DNA of 64,000 nucleotides, from NCBI GenBank assembly GCA_035430005.1, contig DAOMFV010000012.1:591-64590 (forward strand), in the 5' to 3' direction. Origin of the DNA: Gemmatales bacterium. Its GTDB lineage: Bacteria; Planctomycetota; Planctomycetia; Gemmatales; HRBIN36. A program made the translations under genes and the position numbers. Below, one piece after another: positions 7,956 through 17,525 of this stretch; the stretch's first letter is position 1; each line of letters opens with the position of its first letter. The notes beneath the pieces are model-generated. The model was given only the letters and a program-made list of their open reading frames with translations, was not told the DNA's origin and made no database searches.

Positions 7956-8960
7956 ATGCATCGTCGATCCTTCCTGACCACCAGCCTGACTGCGGTTGTC
8001 TGTACTCACATCAGCTATGCACGTGAAACGATGGGGGAAGTCGTTCGACTCGATCCACGGCTGGACGCTCTGATCGGCGCCGATGCCAGCATCGAAAAGG
8101 TCGCTGGCGGGTTCGACTGGGCTGAGGGACCTATCTGGCAGAAGAGCGACAAACGGCTGCTCTTCTCTGACATCCCCAAGAACATGGCCTGGCAGTGGTC
8201 AGCATCGAGCGGGTTGAAACCGTTCCTCTATCACAGTGGCTACACCGGCACCGAGAAGCGTGGCGGCGAGAGTGGCTGCAATGGCTTGACGCTCAGCCCT
8301 GAAGGCAAGCTCACCCTCTGTCAGCATGGCGATCGCCGCGTTGCCAGGCTGAACGACGATGGCAAGACCTTCACCACCCTCGCTGACCGCTACGAGGGCA
8401 AACGATTTAACAGCCCAAACGATCTGGTCTATCACACAAGCGGCGACCTCTACTTCACCGATCCACCCTACGGTTTGGAAAAAGGACCAGACGATCCCAA
8501 GCGGGAGATCACCTACTGTGGCGTCTATCGTCTTGGCAAGGATGGCAAAGTCACGCTGCTGACCAAAGAATTGTCTCGACCCAATGGCATCGGCTTCTCT
8601 TCTGATGAGAAGACTCTTTACGTCGCCAACTCTGATCCGAAGCAAGCGATCTGGATGGCTTATGCTATGAAAGATGATGGTACCTTGGGAGAAGGGAAGG
8701 TCTTCTTCGATGTGACGAAAGAGGCAGGCAAGATGAAGGGGCTGCCTGATGGGCTCAAGCTCGATGTGAATGGTAATCTCTTTGCTACGGGTCCGGGTGG
8801 AGTGTGGGTATTCACTCCGAAGGCTGAAGTGCTGGGGCGGATTGATCCCGGCTGTGCGACCGCCAACTGTGGCTGGGGCGAGGATGGTTCGACGCTGTTC
8901 CTGACAGCAGATAAGTCGTTGTGCAGGATTAGAACGAAGACGAAGGGGCAGGGGTTTTGA
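7956..8960 (+). CDS. SMP-30/gluconolactonase/LRE-family beta-propeller hydrolase (Tat/Sec-exported)
   Basis: N-terminal MHRRSFLTTSL signal. It also has FNSPNDLV, GDLYFTDP, RPNGIGFS and GLPDGLKLD motifs, typical of gluconolactonase-like six-bladed propellers. Confidence 0.85.
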   Translation: MHRRSFLTTSLTAVVCTHISYARETMGEVVRLDPRLDALIGADASIEKVAGGFDWAEGPIWQKSDKRLLFSDIPKNMAWQWSASSGLKPFLYHSGYTGTEKRGGESGCNGLTLSPEGKLTLCQHGDRRVARLNDDGKTFTTLADRYEGKRFNSPNDLVYHTSGDLYFTDPPYGLEKGPDDPKREITYCGVYRLGKDGKVTLLTKELSRPNGIGFSSDEKTLYVANSDPKQAIWMAYAMKDDGTLGEGKVFFDVTKEAGKMKGLPDGLKLDVNGNLFATGPGGVWVFTPKAEVLGRIDPGCATANCGWGEDGSTLFLTADKSLCRIRTKTKGQGF

Positions 8961-8967
8961 ATATGCC

Positions 8968-9034
8968 TTCTCTGCGTTCCTCTGCGATCTCTGCGTTTAT
9001 TTGAATCGCAAAGAGCGCAGAGGAACGCAGAGAA
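8968..9034. repeat. PAL-D element, copy 1
   Basis: TTCTCTGCGTTCCTCTGCG (8968-8986) pairs with CGCAGAGGAACGCAGAGAA (9016-9034). A related copy lies at 40840-40935. Confidence 0.85.
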
Positions 9035-9060
9035 CTCAAAGCAGACGAAGGCAACTCGCA

Positions 9061-11520
9061 GTGAATCCACCACCTTCACCACCGGCGCCGCTGGTACCGG
9101 TCGCTTTAGCTGTCGGCTTGGGGGTCTATCTCGAACGGCTGGTGCCACTGCCAACCCAGATGTTGGTGGCGCTGCTCATTGCCCTCGCCGCATCGTGGCT
9201 GTTGGCCATACGTCGAAAACAGTCAGCGCTCTCAGCCATACTTCTCTGGTGCGTCGCCGGAACACTGGCTGCCCAGTGGCATCGCATCACCCAGGCCTGG
9301 CCCAGCGATGCGATAGGCCATTTCGCTACTCCAGATCGAACGCTGGTGAAACTGCGGGGCGCGGTCGGTGAGGATGTTGTCTACCAGCAACCCAGGCGGC
9401 CGGAATTACTGTCGGGGCAGGGTACGCTGGGCCATAGTGTTTTCATAGTCGATGTGGCTGCCCTGCAATTGACTGATCGCTGGCAGCCCGTCTCCGGTCG
9501 AGTGCGGGTTTCCGTGGAAGGCGAGCTGAGGCAGTTAGCCATAGGCGATGGCGTTGAAATCGTCGGAGGTCTGTCGGCTCTTTCGTCATCAGTCAATCCG
9601 GGTGGCATCGACTTTCGCCAGAACTGGCTCGATCAGCAGATCCAAGCGAGCGTGGGGGTGAAGTCGATCGAGGGTATTACCCTGCACCGAGAATCGGATC
9701 GCTGGTCAATAGCAGGAATGATGGCGCAGGCACGGGCATGGGTACGGCAGACGCTTCAGCAACACATGCCTCCCCGCCAGGCGGGTATCGCTCAAGCTTT
9801 GCTCTGCGGTGAACAGTCAGCTCTAACGCCCGATCAGTTCGAAGGCTACCTGCAAACCGGCGTCTATCACGTCCTCGCTGTCTCCGGGCAGCACCTGGTC
9901 GTGCTCTGTGCCTTTATCGGCTTCATTCTCCGTTTTGCCGGCGGCGATATGCGCAGCAGGGCAATCTGGCTGGCAGCCTTCGTCATTGGGTTCACATTGC
10001 TCACCGGTGCGAGGCCGCCCGTGGTGAGGGCAGCGGTGATCGTGCTGGCCTGGTGTTTAGCCTTGTGGCTGCGGCGGCGGGTGAACGCACTCAACGCCCT
10101 CGCTCTGGCCTGGATCATCGTGGCCATGCTCAACCCGGCTGACCTGGCCAACACCGGTTGTCAGTTATCGTTCCTGGCGGTACTGGTGCTGATCCAGATC
10201 ATCGCCCCGTGGTACCTGTGGGAGAAAGAACACCTCTCACCTCTTGATCGACTTGAAGCAGAATTGCGCCCGGCCAGTTGGAGGCTGATCTACTGGCTAC
10301 TGCATCATCTGAAATGGGCGATGCTGACTTCGCTCGTCTGCTGGCTGGCGACGATGCCATTGGTCATGCAGCGGTTCCATCTCGTCTCGCCCGCTGCCCT
10401 ATTCCTGGGACCACTCCTGGCTCTGCCGATCACTTTCGCCATGGTGTCGGGCATGATGCTGGTGCTACTGAGTGGTCTACCGATCATCTCGACGCTGTTG
10501 GCCACGATGACTGCCTGGTCGCTGGAACTAAGCGACATGCTGGTCAACGCCTTCCGCGCGATCCCTTACAGCTTTGGCTACTGGCCCGATGTACCCCAGT
10601 GGTGGGTGCAGGGGTTCTATGCCGGGTTGCTGGCTGTTCTTCTCTACCCGAACTGGCAGCGCTGGTGGAAACTCTGGGCAGTCATTGGACTGGCCTGGTT
10701 GTTATTGGTATTGGTCATCACTCGCCCCGATGTGCCGAGCGGCTTGCGGATGACGGTGCTCTCAGTCGGGCATGGCACCGCTATTGTCATTGAAACGCCG
10801 GGCGGTCGCTGTCTTCTCTACGATGCCGGTTCACTGGCCGGGCCTGACGTGGCGTATCGACATGTGTCGAGTTATCTCTGGTATCGTCGTCGTTCCAAGA
10901 TCGATGAGGTGCTCCTCTCCCATGCTGATCTCGATCACTTCAATGCCCTGCCCGATCTGATTGACCGCTTTCGCGTGGGGATCATCCGCATGACGCCGAC
11001 TTTCTCAGCCAAGCCCGACCGTGGCACCCAGGCGACGATGAAACAGTTGCAGGCGAAGCTGGCCAACCTGACGTTAATTAGTCGTGGCGCGATGCTGGAG
11101 GAAGGAGACGTTCAGATCGAAGTACTCCATCCACCGGCTCAAGGCCCGGCAGGGACCGAGAACGCCCGCAGCCTGGTGCTGCTCATCAACTACGCCGGCT
11201 GCCGTATTCTTCTGACCGGTGATCTGGAAGAGCCGGGGCTGTCGCAGGTGACGCAGATTCCCATTGCTCCGGTCGATGTGCTGGTCTCGCCGCATCATGG
11301 TTCGAGAGTCTCGAACACTGAACGCTTCGCAGCATGGTGCAAACCGAAGCTGGTGATCAGTTCCGAAACCTTCCCCCGTGGGCCAAAGCCTGATCCCTAC
11401 ACACCGCTGAGAGCGACGTTATGGCGGACATGGATACACGGCGGCGTCACGGTGGAAGTCGATACGAAGGGCGTGCGAGCCAGAACACAGGTGACGGGGA
11501 GACGTTGGCCGGAGAAATAG
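9061..11520 (+). CDS. comEC: ComEC/Rec2 DNA internalisation channel with C-terminal metallo-beta-lactamase domain
   Basis: It has a competence-domain motif (GVYHVLAVSGQHL), many TM helices, and a C-terminal MBL motif (SHADLDHFNAL). The start is uncertain. GTG 9061 was chosen because the TTG at 9001 lies in a repeat. Confidence 0.85.
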   Translation: MNPPPSPPAPLVPVALAVGLGVYLERLVPLPTQMLVALLIALAASWLLAIRRKQSALSAILLWCVAGTLAAQWHRITQAWPSDAIGHFATPDRTLVKLRGAVGEDVVYQQPRRPELLSGQGTLGHSVFIVDVAALQLTDRWQPVSGRVRVSVEGELRQLAIGDGVEIVGGLSALSSSVNPGGIDFRQNWLDQQIQASVGVKSIEGITLHRESDRWSIAGMMAQARAWVRQTLQQHMPPRQAGIAQALLCGEQSALTPDQFEGYLQTGVYHVLAVSGQHLVVLCAFIGFILRFAGGDMRSRAIWLAAFVIGFTLLTGARPPVVRAAVIVLAWCLALWLRRRVNALNALALAWIIVAMLNPADLANTGCQLSFLAVLVLIQIIAPWYLWEKEHLSPLDRLEAELRPASWRLIYWLLHHLKWAMLTSLVCWLATMPLVMQRFHLVSPAALFLGPLLALPITFAMVSGMMLVLLSGLPIISTLLATMTAWSLELSDMLVNAFRAIPYSFGYWPDVPQWWVQGFYAGLLAVLLYPNWQRWWKLWAVIGLAWLLLVLVITRPDVPSGLRMTVLSVGHGTAIVIETPGGRCLLYDAGSLAGPDVAYRHVSSYLWYRRRSKIDEVLLSHADLDHFNALPDLIDRFRVGIIRMTPTFSAKPDRGTQATMKQLQAKLANLTLISRGAMLEEGDVQIEVLHPPAQGPAGTENARSLVLLINYAGCRILLTGDLEEPGLSQVTQIPIAPVDVLVSPHHGSRVSNTERFAAWCKPKLVISSETFPRGPKPDPYTPLRATLWRTWIHGGVTVEVDTKGVRARTQVTGRRWPEK

Positions 11521-11531
11521 ACACTGAACGT

Positions 11532-11562
11532 TCTCCCCTCTCCCTCCTGGGGAGAGGGGAGA
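11532..11562. terminator. PAL-B short hairpin directly after the comEC stop
   Basis: TCTCCCCTCTCC (11532-11543) pairs with GGAGAGGGGAGA (11551-11562), followed by an A-run. Confidence 0.5.
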
Positions 11563-11598
11563 AAAACGTCGGGTGGCTGGTCGCAACTAACTCGATGT

Positions 11599-12054
11599 TC
11601 ATCTGTGGCGGAGAATCTTCCAGTATTGAGGACGTAAACACTCAACATCTATCAGATGCATCGGCATATAGAACGTCTCTGCAAGCAGAGAATTGGCAAC
11701 ACGATACTCCACTGGATAGCGAAAGACTGCGCCGTTGTAGGCAGTCACCCTTTTAACAGTACCGAAATAGGTGCTGACATACACCAGCACAGCCAGACTC
11801 ATCTTCTCAGGCGATTCAACGAGTTTCCCATATGTGGTTTTGAGAGTAGAGACAATCTCTACTGAATGCTGAACCAGGGGATCCCATTGATCATGGAGCT
11901 GGGAGATTCTGACATTCTGGGCGTTAGCAAAGGAATGCGATGGCACTGTGGTCTTGGGATCAAGCCAGTTCACACTGAGCAACACGCCGGCAATCAGCAG
12001 GACGACTGTTGCCGTCAAGCCGAGGGCAATTCGGTTGGTGGTGTTTTGTCGCAT
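11599..12054 (-). CDS. hypothetical membrane-anchored protein
   Basis: 151-aa ORF with one N-terminal TM helix (IALGLTATVVLLIAGVLLSV). I recognised no family. Confidence 0.4.
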   Translation of the reverse strand: MRQNTTNRIALGLTATVVLLIAGVLLSVNWLDPKTTVPSHSFANAQNVRISQLHDQWDPLVQHSVEIVSTLKTTYGKLVESPEKMSLAVLVYVSTYFGTVKRVTAYNGAVFRYPVEYRVANSLLAETFYMPMHLIDVECLRPQYWKILRHR

Positions 12055-12222
12055 CGAGGAGTTCTCAGTTGGCGAGCATCCTCTCCATAGTAACCGAGGC
12101 CGGTGGCAATGCCACTGGAATTGAAGAGCAAGGGTGGGGTTGTGGTCGAAACAAGTACGAACGCAACCGGAAGAGTCGATTAAGAACCCCCTCTCCCCAG
12201 GAGGGAGAGAGAAAAAATAACT

Positions 12223-14694
12223 CTACTTCTTGAGCGCAGCACGAGTCTGCTCCAACGCCTTCTGGATACTCTGGATATCCTGTTCGATGTTCTTGTTGTT
12301 CTGCTTAGTGTTGTAGTCGGTCAACAGCTTCAGCCCTGCCTGGTAGGCTTCCATGGCTGCTTGAGGTTTGCCCAGTTTGTTATTTGCCAGGCCTGTTCGC
12401 AACACGACGCGCCCCAGCGTCGAGTGAGGACGATGATTGAGCGGATCGAGTGCGATGGCTGCGGTCTTCAGTTCGTAGGAGCGCTTCAGCACCACGAGCG
12501 CTTCCTCGTAAAGCTGCAGTTGCAACGACACATTGGAAATATGATCGTAGGAGGTGGAGCAATCGAGCAGCAACTGAGTATTCGTGTTGGCATAGGGTTC
12601 CATCTTCTGGCTGATGGCCAGTTCCTGGCGGAAAGCCGCCAGCGCGCCTTGTTTATCCCCTAAGCCTTTGATAGCATCTGCCAGGCGTGACCAGGAATTG
12701 GCGTAAGCCATCTGGGCATCCACATCATCGGGCTTGGCTTCAGCCAGTATCTTGTTGGTTGCCAATGCCTCACGGTAATACTTTTCCGCTTGCCGATACC
12801 CGGCCTTGAAGTCGTAGTGCCAATCGCCCAGCCATTCAGTTGCTTTGGCATACATGGCCTGGTTGCGCTGAGCTTTGTCGGCAGAGTCTTGGAGAGGTTT
12901 CAGCACCTGGCAGGCTTCCTCGAGGTTTTTTCTGGCCTCTTCCTGTTCGTTCACGCGCATCATCAAGTATGCGCCTTCCACCAGGGCTCGTCCCAGTTCA
13001 AACTGAGCATCCTCATCGCTGGAAGCAAAGATAAGTTCTCGGCGCAACTGGATGGTTTGCCTGGCCAAGGTCAGAGCACGCTGCATGACGGGTCGTTGCT
13101 TTTGCAGATTCGCCTGCGCTTCGGTGACTTCCCAACCCCAATCTTCCAGATATGTCAGATAGATCGAGTAGAGCAGGTAGGCATTAGCCAGATCAGCCTT
13201 GGCCTGCTGCTTATCTGTAGCTGTGTGATAGAGTTCCTCAAACAGACGGGTGGCCCGTTCGTAAAGTTGGCTGGTATTCTCCGTGCTGACGACCCCGGTG
13301 TCTTTGCCAAGCTGTCTGAAGGCCTCAGCTAGTTGTAAGCTGGCGTGAGCGGTATTGCGATCCACCCGTTGTTGGACTCGAAGCTGATCGGAGAGATTCT
13401 GTAAGCCGGTCAGCGCCGTTTGGAGAATCGCCCCTCGTACCTTTTGAGCGTTGGGCAAACCGGCCAGCTTCGATTGGATGTCAAAGATGACCGTTTCCAG
13501 CGTCTTCATGGCAAGCTGAGTTTGCTCGTCGGCAATAACCAGATTCTTGCGTGCCTCCTCAGCCGACCGATTGGCGATGTACGCCAGATAACTCGAAACA
13601 CAGATGCCGGCGATCAGAATCATGGTGGTCAGCGCCAGGGCAGCGGCCAGGGAGGGATTGCGACGACGCCAACGCCACAGGCGTTCCACCCAGTTGACCG
13701 GGCGAGCCTGGATCGGTTCATGGTTCAGATAACGACGCAGGTCTTCTGCTAAAGCCTCAGCGGACTGATAGCGCTTGCCTGCTTCTTTCTGCAGACATTT
13801 TAAGCAAATCGTTTCCAGATCGATGGAGATCGTGGGAATAAGTGATCGAGGTGGAACAGGGTCCTGATGGAGCACCTGATGGATCGTGTCCCAGACGCTC
13901 GCACCTCTAAACGGGGCTCGGCCTGTGAGCGCCTCATAGAGTATGGTGCCCAGTGCATAGACATCGGTAGCCGGGACAATGCGATCGTTGTGCCCCGACG
14001 CCTGTTCAGGAGCCATGTAGCTGGGAGTGCCCAGAATCGAACCGCTTTGTGTTTGCCCCGACGCCTGACTGACATACTTGGCCAGACCGAAGTCAGCGAT
14101 CTTGGGTTCGCCCGTTTGGGTGAGCAGGATATTGGCAGGCTTCAGATCACGGTGGATGATCCCGCGCTGATGTGCCGCCTGCACTGCCAGGGCCAGGGTA
14201 CGCACTAGTTCTGCACAGGCCTGTGGAGGCTGTGGCTTGCCCTGGAGGAACTTCGAATAACTGCCGCCAGCCACATACTCCAACGAAAAGTAGGGCTGCT
14301 GACGGACTTCCCCGATTTCGTAGACCTGAACGATGTTGGGATGCTGGAGTTGCGCCACCGCTTCGGCTTCGAGGCGAAACCGGGCGCGATGGGTGGGGTC
14401 ATCTTCGCCGGCCTGGACCATCTTGAGAGCGACTTCACGGTTGAGTCCATGCTGCCTGGCATGGTAGACGATCCCCATACCGCCCCGCCCCAGGATGCCG
14501 ATGATCTCGTAGCCAGGGACAATGGGCCAGGATGACTGATCCTGCTGATTCTCCGTCTTCAGAGAAAATGCAAGATCAGGCTCCGCATTGCCTGTATCAA
14601 GCCGAGTGTCCCCCATCGTTTGCCCCAGCGTAGTGGCCGGGGCAGCGACATGATCTACGGTAGCCAGTTCGTGTGGCTCGCGCACAGGAGGCAT
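12223..14694 (-). CDS. Ser/Thr protein kinase with TM segment and C-terminal TPR-like repeat region
   Basis: Hanks kinase motifs GRGGMGIVY, HRDLKPANILL, DFGLAK and APE, followed by a TM helix and a long helical-repeat region. Confidence 0.9.
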   Translation of the reverse strand: MPPVREPHELATVDHVAAPATTLGQTMGDTRLDTGNAEPDLAFSLKTENQQDQSSWPIVPGYEIIGILGRGGMGIVYHARQHGLNREVALKMVQAGEDDPTHRARFRLEAEAVAQLQHPNIVQVYEIGEVRQQPYFSLEYVAGGSYSKFLQGKPQPPQACAELVRTLALAVQAAHQRGIIHRDLKPANILLTQTGEPKIADFGLAKYVSQASGQTQSGSILGTPSYMAPEQASGHNDRIVPATDVYALGTILYEALTGRAPFRGASVWDTIHQVLHQDPVPPRSLIPTISIDLETICLKCLQKEAGKRYQSAEALAEDLRRYLNHEPIQARPVNWVERLWRWRRRNPSLAAALALTTMILIAGICVSSYLAYIANRSAEEARKNLVIADEQTQLAMKTLETVIFDIQSKLAGLPNAQKVRGAILQTALTGLQNLSDQLRVQQRVDRNTAHASLQLAEAFRQLGKDTGVVSTENTSQLYERATRLFEELYHTATDKQQAKADLANAYLLYSIYLTYLEDWGWEVTEAQANLQKQRPVMQRALTLARQTIQLRRELIFASSDEDAQFELGRALVEGAYLMMRVNEQEEARKNLEEACQVLKPLQDSADKAQRNQAMYAKATEWLGDWHYDFKAGYRQAEKYYREALATNKILAEAKPDDVDAQMAYANSWSRLADAIKGLGDKQGALAAFRQELAISQKMEPYANTNTQLLLDCSTSYDHISNVSLQLQLYEEALVVLKRSYELKTAAIALDPLNHRPHSTLGRVVLRTGLANNKLGKPQAAMEAYQAGLKLLTDYNTKQNNKNIEQDIQSIQKALEQTRAALKK

Positions 14695-14760
14695 GAGTAA
14701 TACTCAAAGGGCAGGACGCCTTGAGCATACTCATTTTCAGCATGAAAAACCACGAGGAAT

Positions 14761-14947
14761 ATTTAGCCCCCGGCTCTTCAAGCCGGGGGACGATCACGCG
14801 AAGACTGGATGGTAATGATGAAAGTACAACAAGGCGAGGCGCGCGGAGTAATGAGACACCATCACCGAGTTTCGCCTTTTGTTAATCTTGGAGACGTAAT
14901 ACTCGCCCAGCGTGATCGCCCCCGGCTTGAAGAGCCGGGGGCTAAAT
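14761..14947. repeat. 38-nt inverted repeat pair flanking a 110-bp core (MITE-like module)
   Basis: ATTTAGCCCCCGGCTCTTCAAGCCGGGGGACGATCACGC (14761-14799) matches the reverse complement of 14910-14947 with a 1-nt indel. Each arm contains its own 9-bp hairpin. The right arm starts 3 nt after the prfB stop. Confidence 0.85.
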
Positions 14948-14950
14948 GAT

Positions 14951-16061
14951 CTACGCTTTCTTGTTCCTCTTCATCACCATCATCTTGAGGTAATCCTCCA
15001 TGAACTGATCAAGGTCGCCATCGAGAACTTTGCCTACCTGAGCGGTTTCGGTGCCAGTACGGGTGTCCTTCGTCAGGGTATATGGTTGCAACACGTAGTT
15101 GCGGATCTGGTTACCCCAGGCGACTTCGCCCTTCTCGTCGTACTGCTTCTCGACCTCCGCCTTGCGGCGGTTCTCTTCCATCTTGTAGAGCTTGGCGTAG
15201 AGCATCTTCCAGCAGTTGTCCTTGTTCTTGTGCTGACTGCGCTCGGTGCGGCTTTCCGCTACCAGCCCCGTGGGATGGTGGATAAGGCGCACTCCCGACT
15301 GGGTCTTGTTCACATGCTGCCCGCCGGGGCCGCCGCAGGAGAAGGTCTGGGTTTCAACATCGTCGGGCTTGATCTCAATGGGCGACTGTTCGATTTCTGG
15401 CAGCACATCGACAGCGACGAAGCTGGTCTGCCGTTTATCACCGGAACCGAACGGGCTGATGCGGACGAGTCGATGCACGCCCACTTCCGATTGGAGTCGG
15501 CCATAGGCATAGTCTCCGGTGATGTAGAGGGTGGCGTTGCGAAGGCCCGCTTCTTCGTTGGCCAGTTCATCGGTCAGTTCTACCTTGTAGCCATGATCTT
15601 CCGCCCAGCGGGTGTACATGCGGAGAAGCATCGAGGCGAAGTCGCAGGCATCGGTGCCACCGGTGCCGGCCTGCAGGCGCAGGAAAGCGTTGCTGGCATC
15701 TTCGGGGCCGGAGAGCATCGCCTTGAATTCGAACTCGTTGAACTTCTTCTCGAACTTGCCCAACTCGCTTTGCAACTCCGCTTCCATCGAAGCGTCTTCG
15801 CTGGCGAACTCAGCCATCACGACCATGTCTTCCTTGGTCTTGTCGAGTTCGTCGTAGGGCTTGAGGATGTTATTGAGCGGCTTAAGCTGGCTGATAATCT
15901 GCTTGGCCTTGTCGGGGTTGTCCCAGAAGTTGGCTTCGCCCATGCGTGCTTCAAGCTTGGCCTTGTCGGCCTGTTTGCCGGCCAGGTCAAAGAGAGTCCC
16001 GGAGATTGGTGAGGCGTGCCACCACGTCATCGAGCCGACGACGTAATTCGGGATTGATCAC
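14951..16061 (-). CDS. prfB: peptide chain release factor 2, requires programmed +1 frameshift
   Basis: GGQ motif (GGQHVNKT) and SPF motif (SPFGSGDKRQTSF). Frame 0 starts at GTG 16061, after AAAGGAG, and runs 24 codons to CTT TGA C. The +1 frame then continues as DLAGKQ... to the stop at 14951. Confidence 0.9.
15987..15992 (-). other. RF2 autoregulatory +1 frameshift site CTT TGA(C)
   Basis: On the minus strand, CTT (15992-15990) is followed by in-frame TGA (15989-15987) and then C. The downstream ORF is in the +1 frame. Confidence 0.85.
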
Positions 16062-16084
16062 GGAGGACTCCTTTGGAGGTGATA

Positions 16085-16157
16085 TGACAGCCCGACGCGC
16101 TAGCGAGGGTGGACCTTGCGATTGTACGCGCCCCCTCGCTAGCGCGTCGGGCTGTCA
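16085..16157. repeat. PAL-A palindromic element, copy 2
   Basis: TGACAGCCCGACGCGCTAGCGAGGG ... CCCTCGCTAGCGCGTCGGGCTGTCA, with the core in the same orientation as copy 1. Confidence 0.9.
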
Positions 16158-16172
16158 TCAAACTGAGTATTG

Positions 16173-17381
16173 TCATTTTAAGTCTACTTCGACACTAGAC
16201 AATGCCTTGCTGAGCGTATCGCCGGCGGTGCTGAGGACGTGGCGGAGGGCTTTATCGAGTTGATCGGGGGTGACGGGCTTTCTCAGGAAGACTCGTCCTT
16301 CACCCAGCAGGTTCTCGGTGTAGCCCGACATGAAGACGAGCTTGAGCGTCGGCCGCACTTTCTTGGCTTGTTCACCGAGCTGTCGGCCATTCATGCCGGG
16401 AAGAATCATGTCAGTGAGGAGCACATCGATATTGATCTTCGTTTGCAGGCACTGGAAGAGCGCCTCGTTGCCATCCTTGGCGGCTATCACCTCGTAGCCC
16501 AGGTGATTCAGAGCAATGACGAGGTAATTCCGCACCAGCTCTTCATCGTCCACCACTAGGACAGTTTGTTTACCGGTGGTGTTCACGATGGGAGAAGTTG
16601 CCGCTTCGGTATTGGCCAGGGGCAGATCGATGGTGATCTCGGTGCCGGAGGAATCGGACGCCACATGCAGTGACCCTTTGGCCTGACGAATGATGCCAAA
16701 GGCGACTGCCAGACCCAGATCAGCGGTTTCGGGATCAACATCATGGAATGGTTCAAAGAGTTGCTGACGTTCCTCGTCGCGCAAGGCTGGCCCATTGTCG
16801 ATCAAGCTTAACTGTACGATGCCGGGTTGGTTTTTGGTGCGGATCGTCAGCGTGCCGACGCCGACCCGGGTATGCACCCACTTGAGCAACCTTACTACCG
16901 CTAACTGAAACTGGGTCGCGTCGACGAGCACCAGTGGATCTTTGGCATCGAGGAAAATATCGATGTGAAAATCGCCGCGGGCCAGGCTGCTGCCAAAGAG
17001 CGTGGTGAACTGCTCCGCCATCTGAGTGACGATGGCATTGACACTGACCAGTTCCAACTCGGGTGGCAGCCTGCACGAGAAGGTAATGAGTTGCTGCACC
17101 AGTTGCGAAGCTGCCCCGGCGGCAGACTTGATCTGCTCAATCCAGGGCCGGGATTTATCACCCGGTGGATGCAGGCCGAGGAGATAGTTGCTCTCTCCCA
17201 GAACGGTCATCAGGTACTTGCCCAGGCGTAAGCCAATATCGCCGGCGAACTGGCTGAGCGCCTCCATGTTTTCATGGGCGGGGGCTGCGCCAGTTGGATT
17301 CGTAGGATCGGGCATGGTGGGGCGCATCGCAACTACATGGGAGAGATAATCTATCTTGTCATAGCCTACGGGTGGTTGCAA
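16173..17381 (-). CDS. hybrid histidine-kinase-like protein (degenerate HisKA + HATPase_c + receiver)
   Basis: HATPase motifs (DNGPAL..., GLGLAVAFGII) and a C-terminal receiver domain (VLVVDDEELV..., LLTDMILPGMNG). The expected H-box reads AGDIGLRLGKYLMTVLG, which has Leu where [17 protein letters not shown]-type kinases carry the phospho-His. Confidence 0.75.
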   Translation of the reverse strand: MQPPVGYDKIDYLSHVVAMRPTMPDPTNPTGAAPAHENMEALSQFAGDIGLRLGKYLMTVLGESNYLLGLHPPGDKSRPWIEQIKSAAGAASQLVQQLITFSCRLPPELELVSVNAIVTQMAEQFTTLFGSSLARGDFHIDIFLDAKDPLVLVDATQFQLAVVRLLKWVHTRVGVGTLTIRTKNQPGIVQLSLIDNGPALRDEERQQLFEPFHDVDPETADLGLAVAFGIIRQAKGSLHVASDSSGTEITIDLPLANTEAATSPIVNTTGKQTVLVVDDEELVRNYLVIALNHLGYEVIAAKDGNEALFQCLQTKINIDVLLTDMILPGMNGRQLGEQAKKVRPTLKLVFMSGYTENLLGEGRVFLRKPVTPDQLDKALRHVLSTAGDTLSKALSSVEVDLK

Positions 17382-17525
17382 GCGAGTAGTTGGCGATCTT
17401 CGTCAAGATGTCGGGCGATGAAAGGTGAGACAACCGTGCTTTTGCTCCTTGCCGAGCGAGGCATTTAGGCCGAAGATCAGAGTATCATTCAACTACGTCG
17501 CCCCCGACTTTAATTGGTATCCGCC

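Noticed and set aside
14794-14862. 22-codon minus-strand ORF (MVSHYSARLALLYFHHYHPVFA) inside the IR-flanked module
   Set aside because: It is too short, has no convincing Shine-Dalgarno sequence, and is plausible by chance. I note it only in case the module core is transcribed.
14912-16012. 366-aa ORF antisense to prfB. Similar long shadow ORFs lie at 4225-5229, 17793-18509, 19701-20450, 20577-21362, 29488-30180, 30634-31473, 37640-38344, 38958-39638, 39897-40685, 52554-53312, 56551-57231, 58238-58930, 59781-60809 and 62813-63568.
   Set aside because: Each lies opposite a gene with clear family motifs. They are Ala/Arg/Gly/Val-rich with no recognisable domains. I treated them as non-coding.
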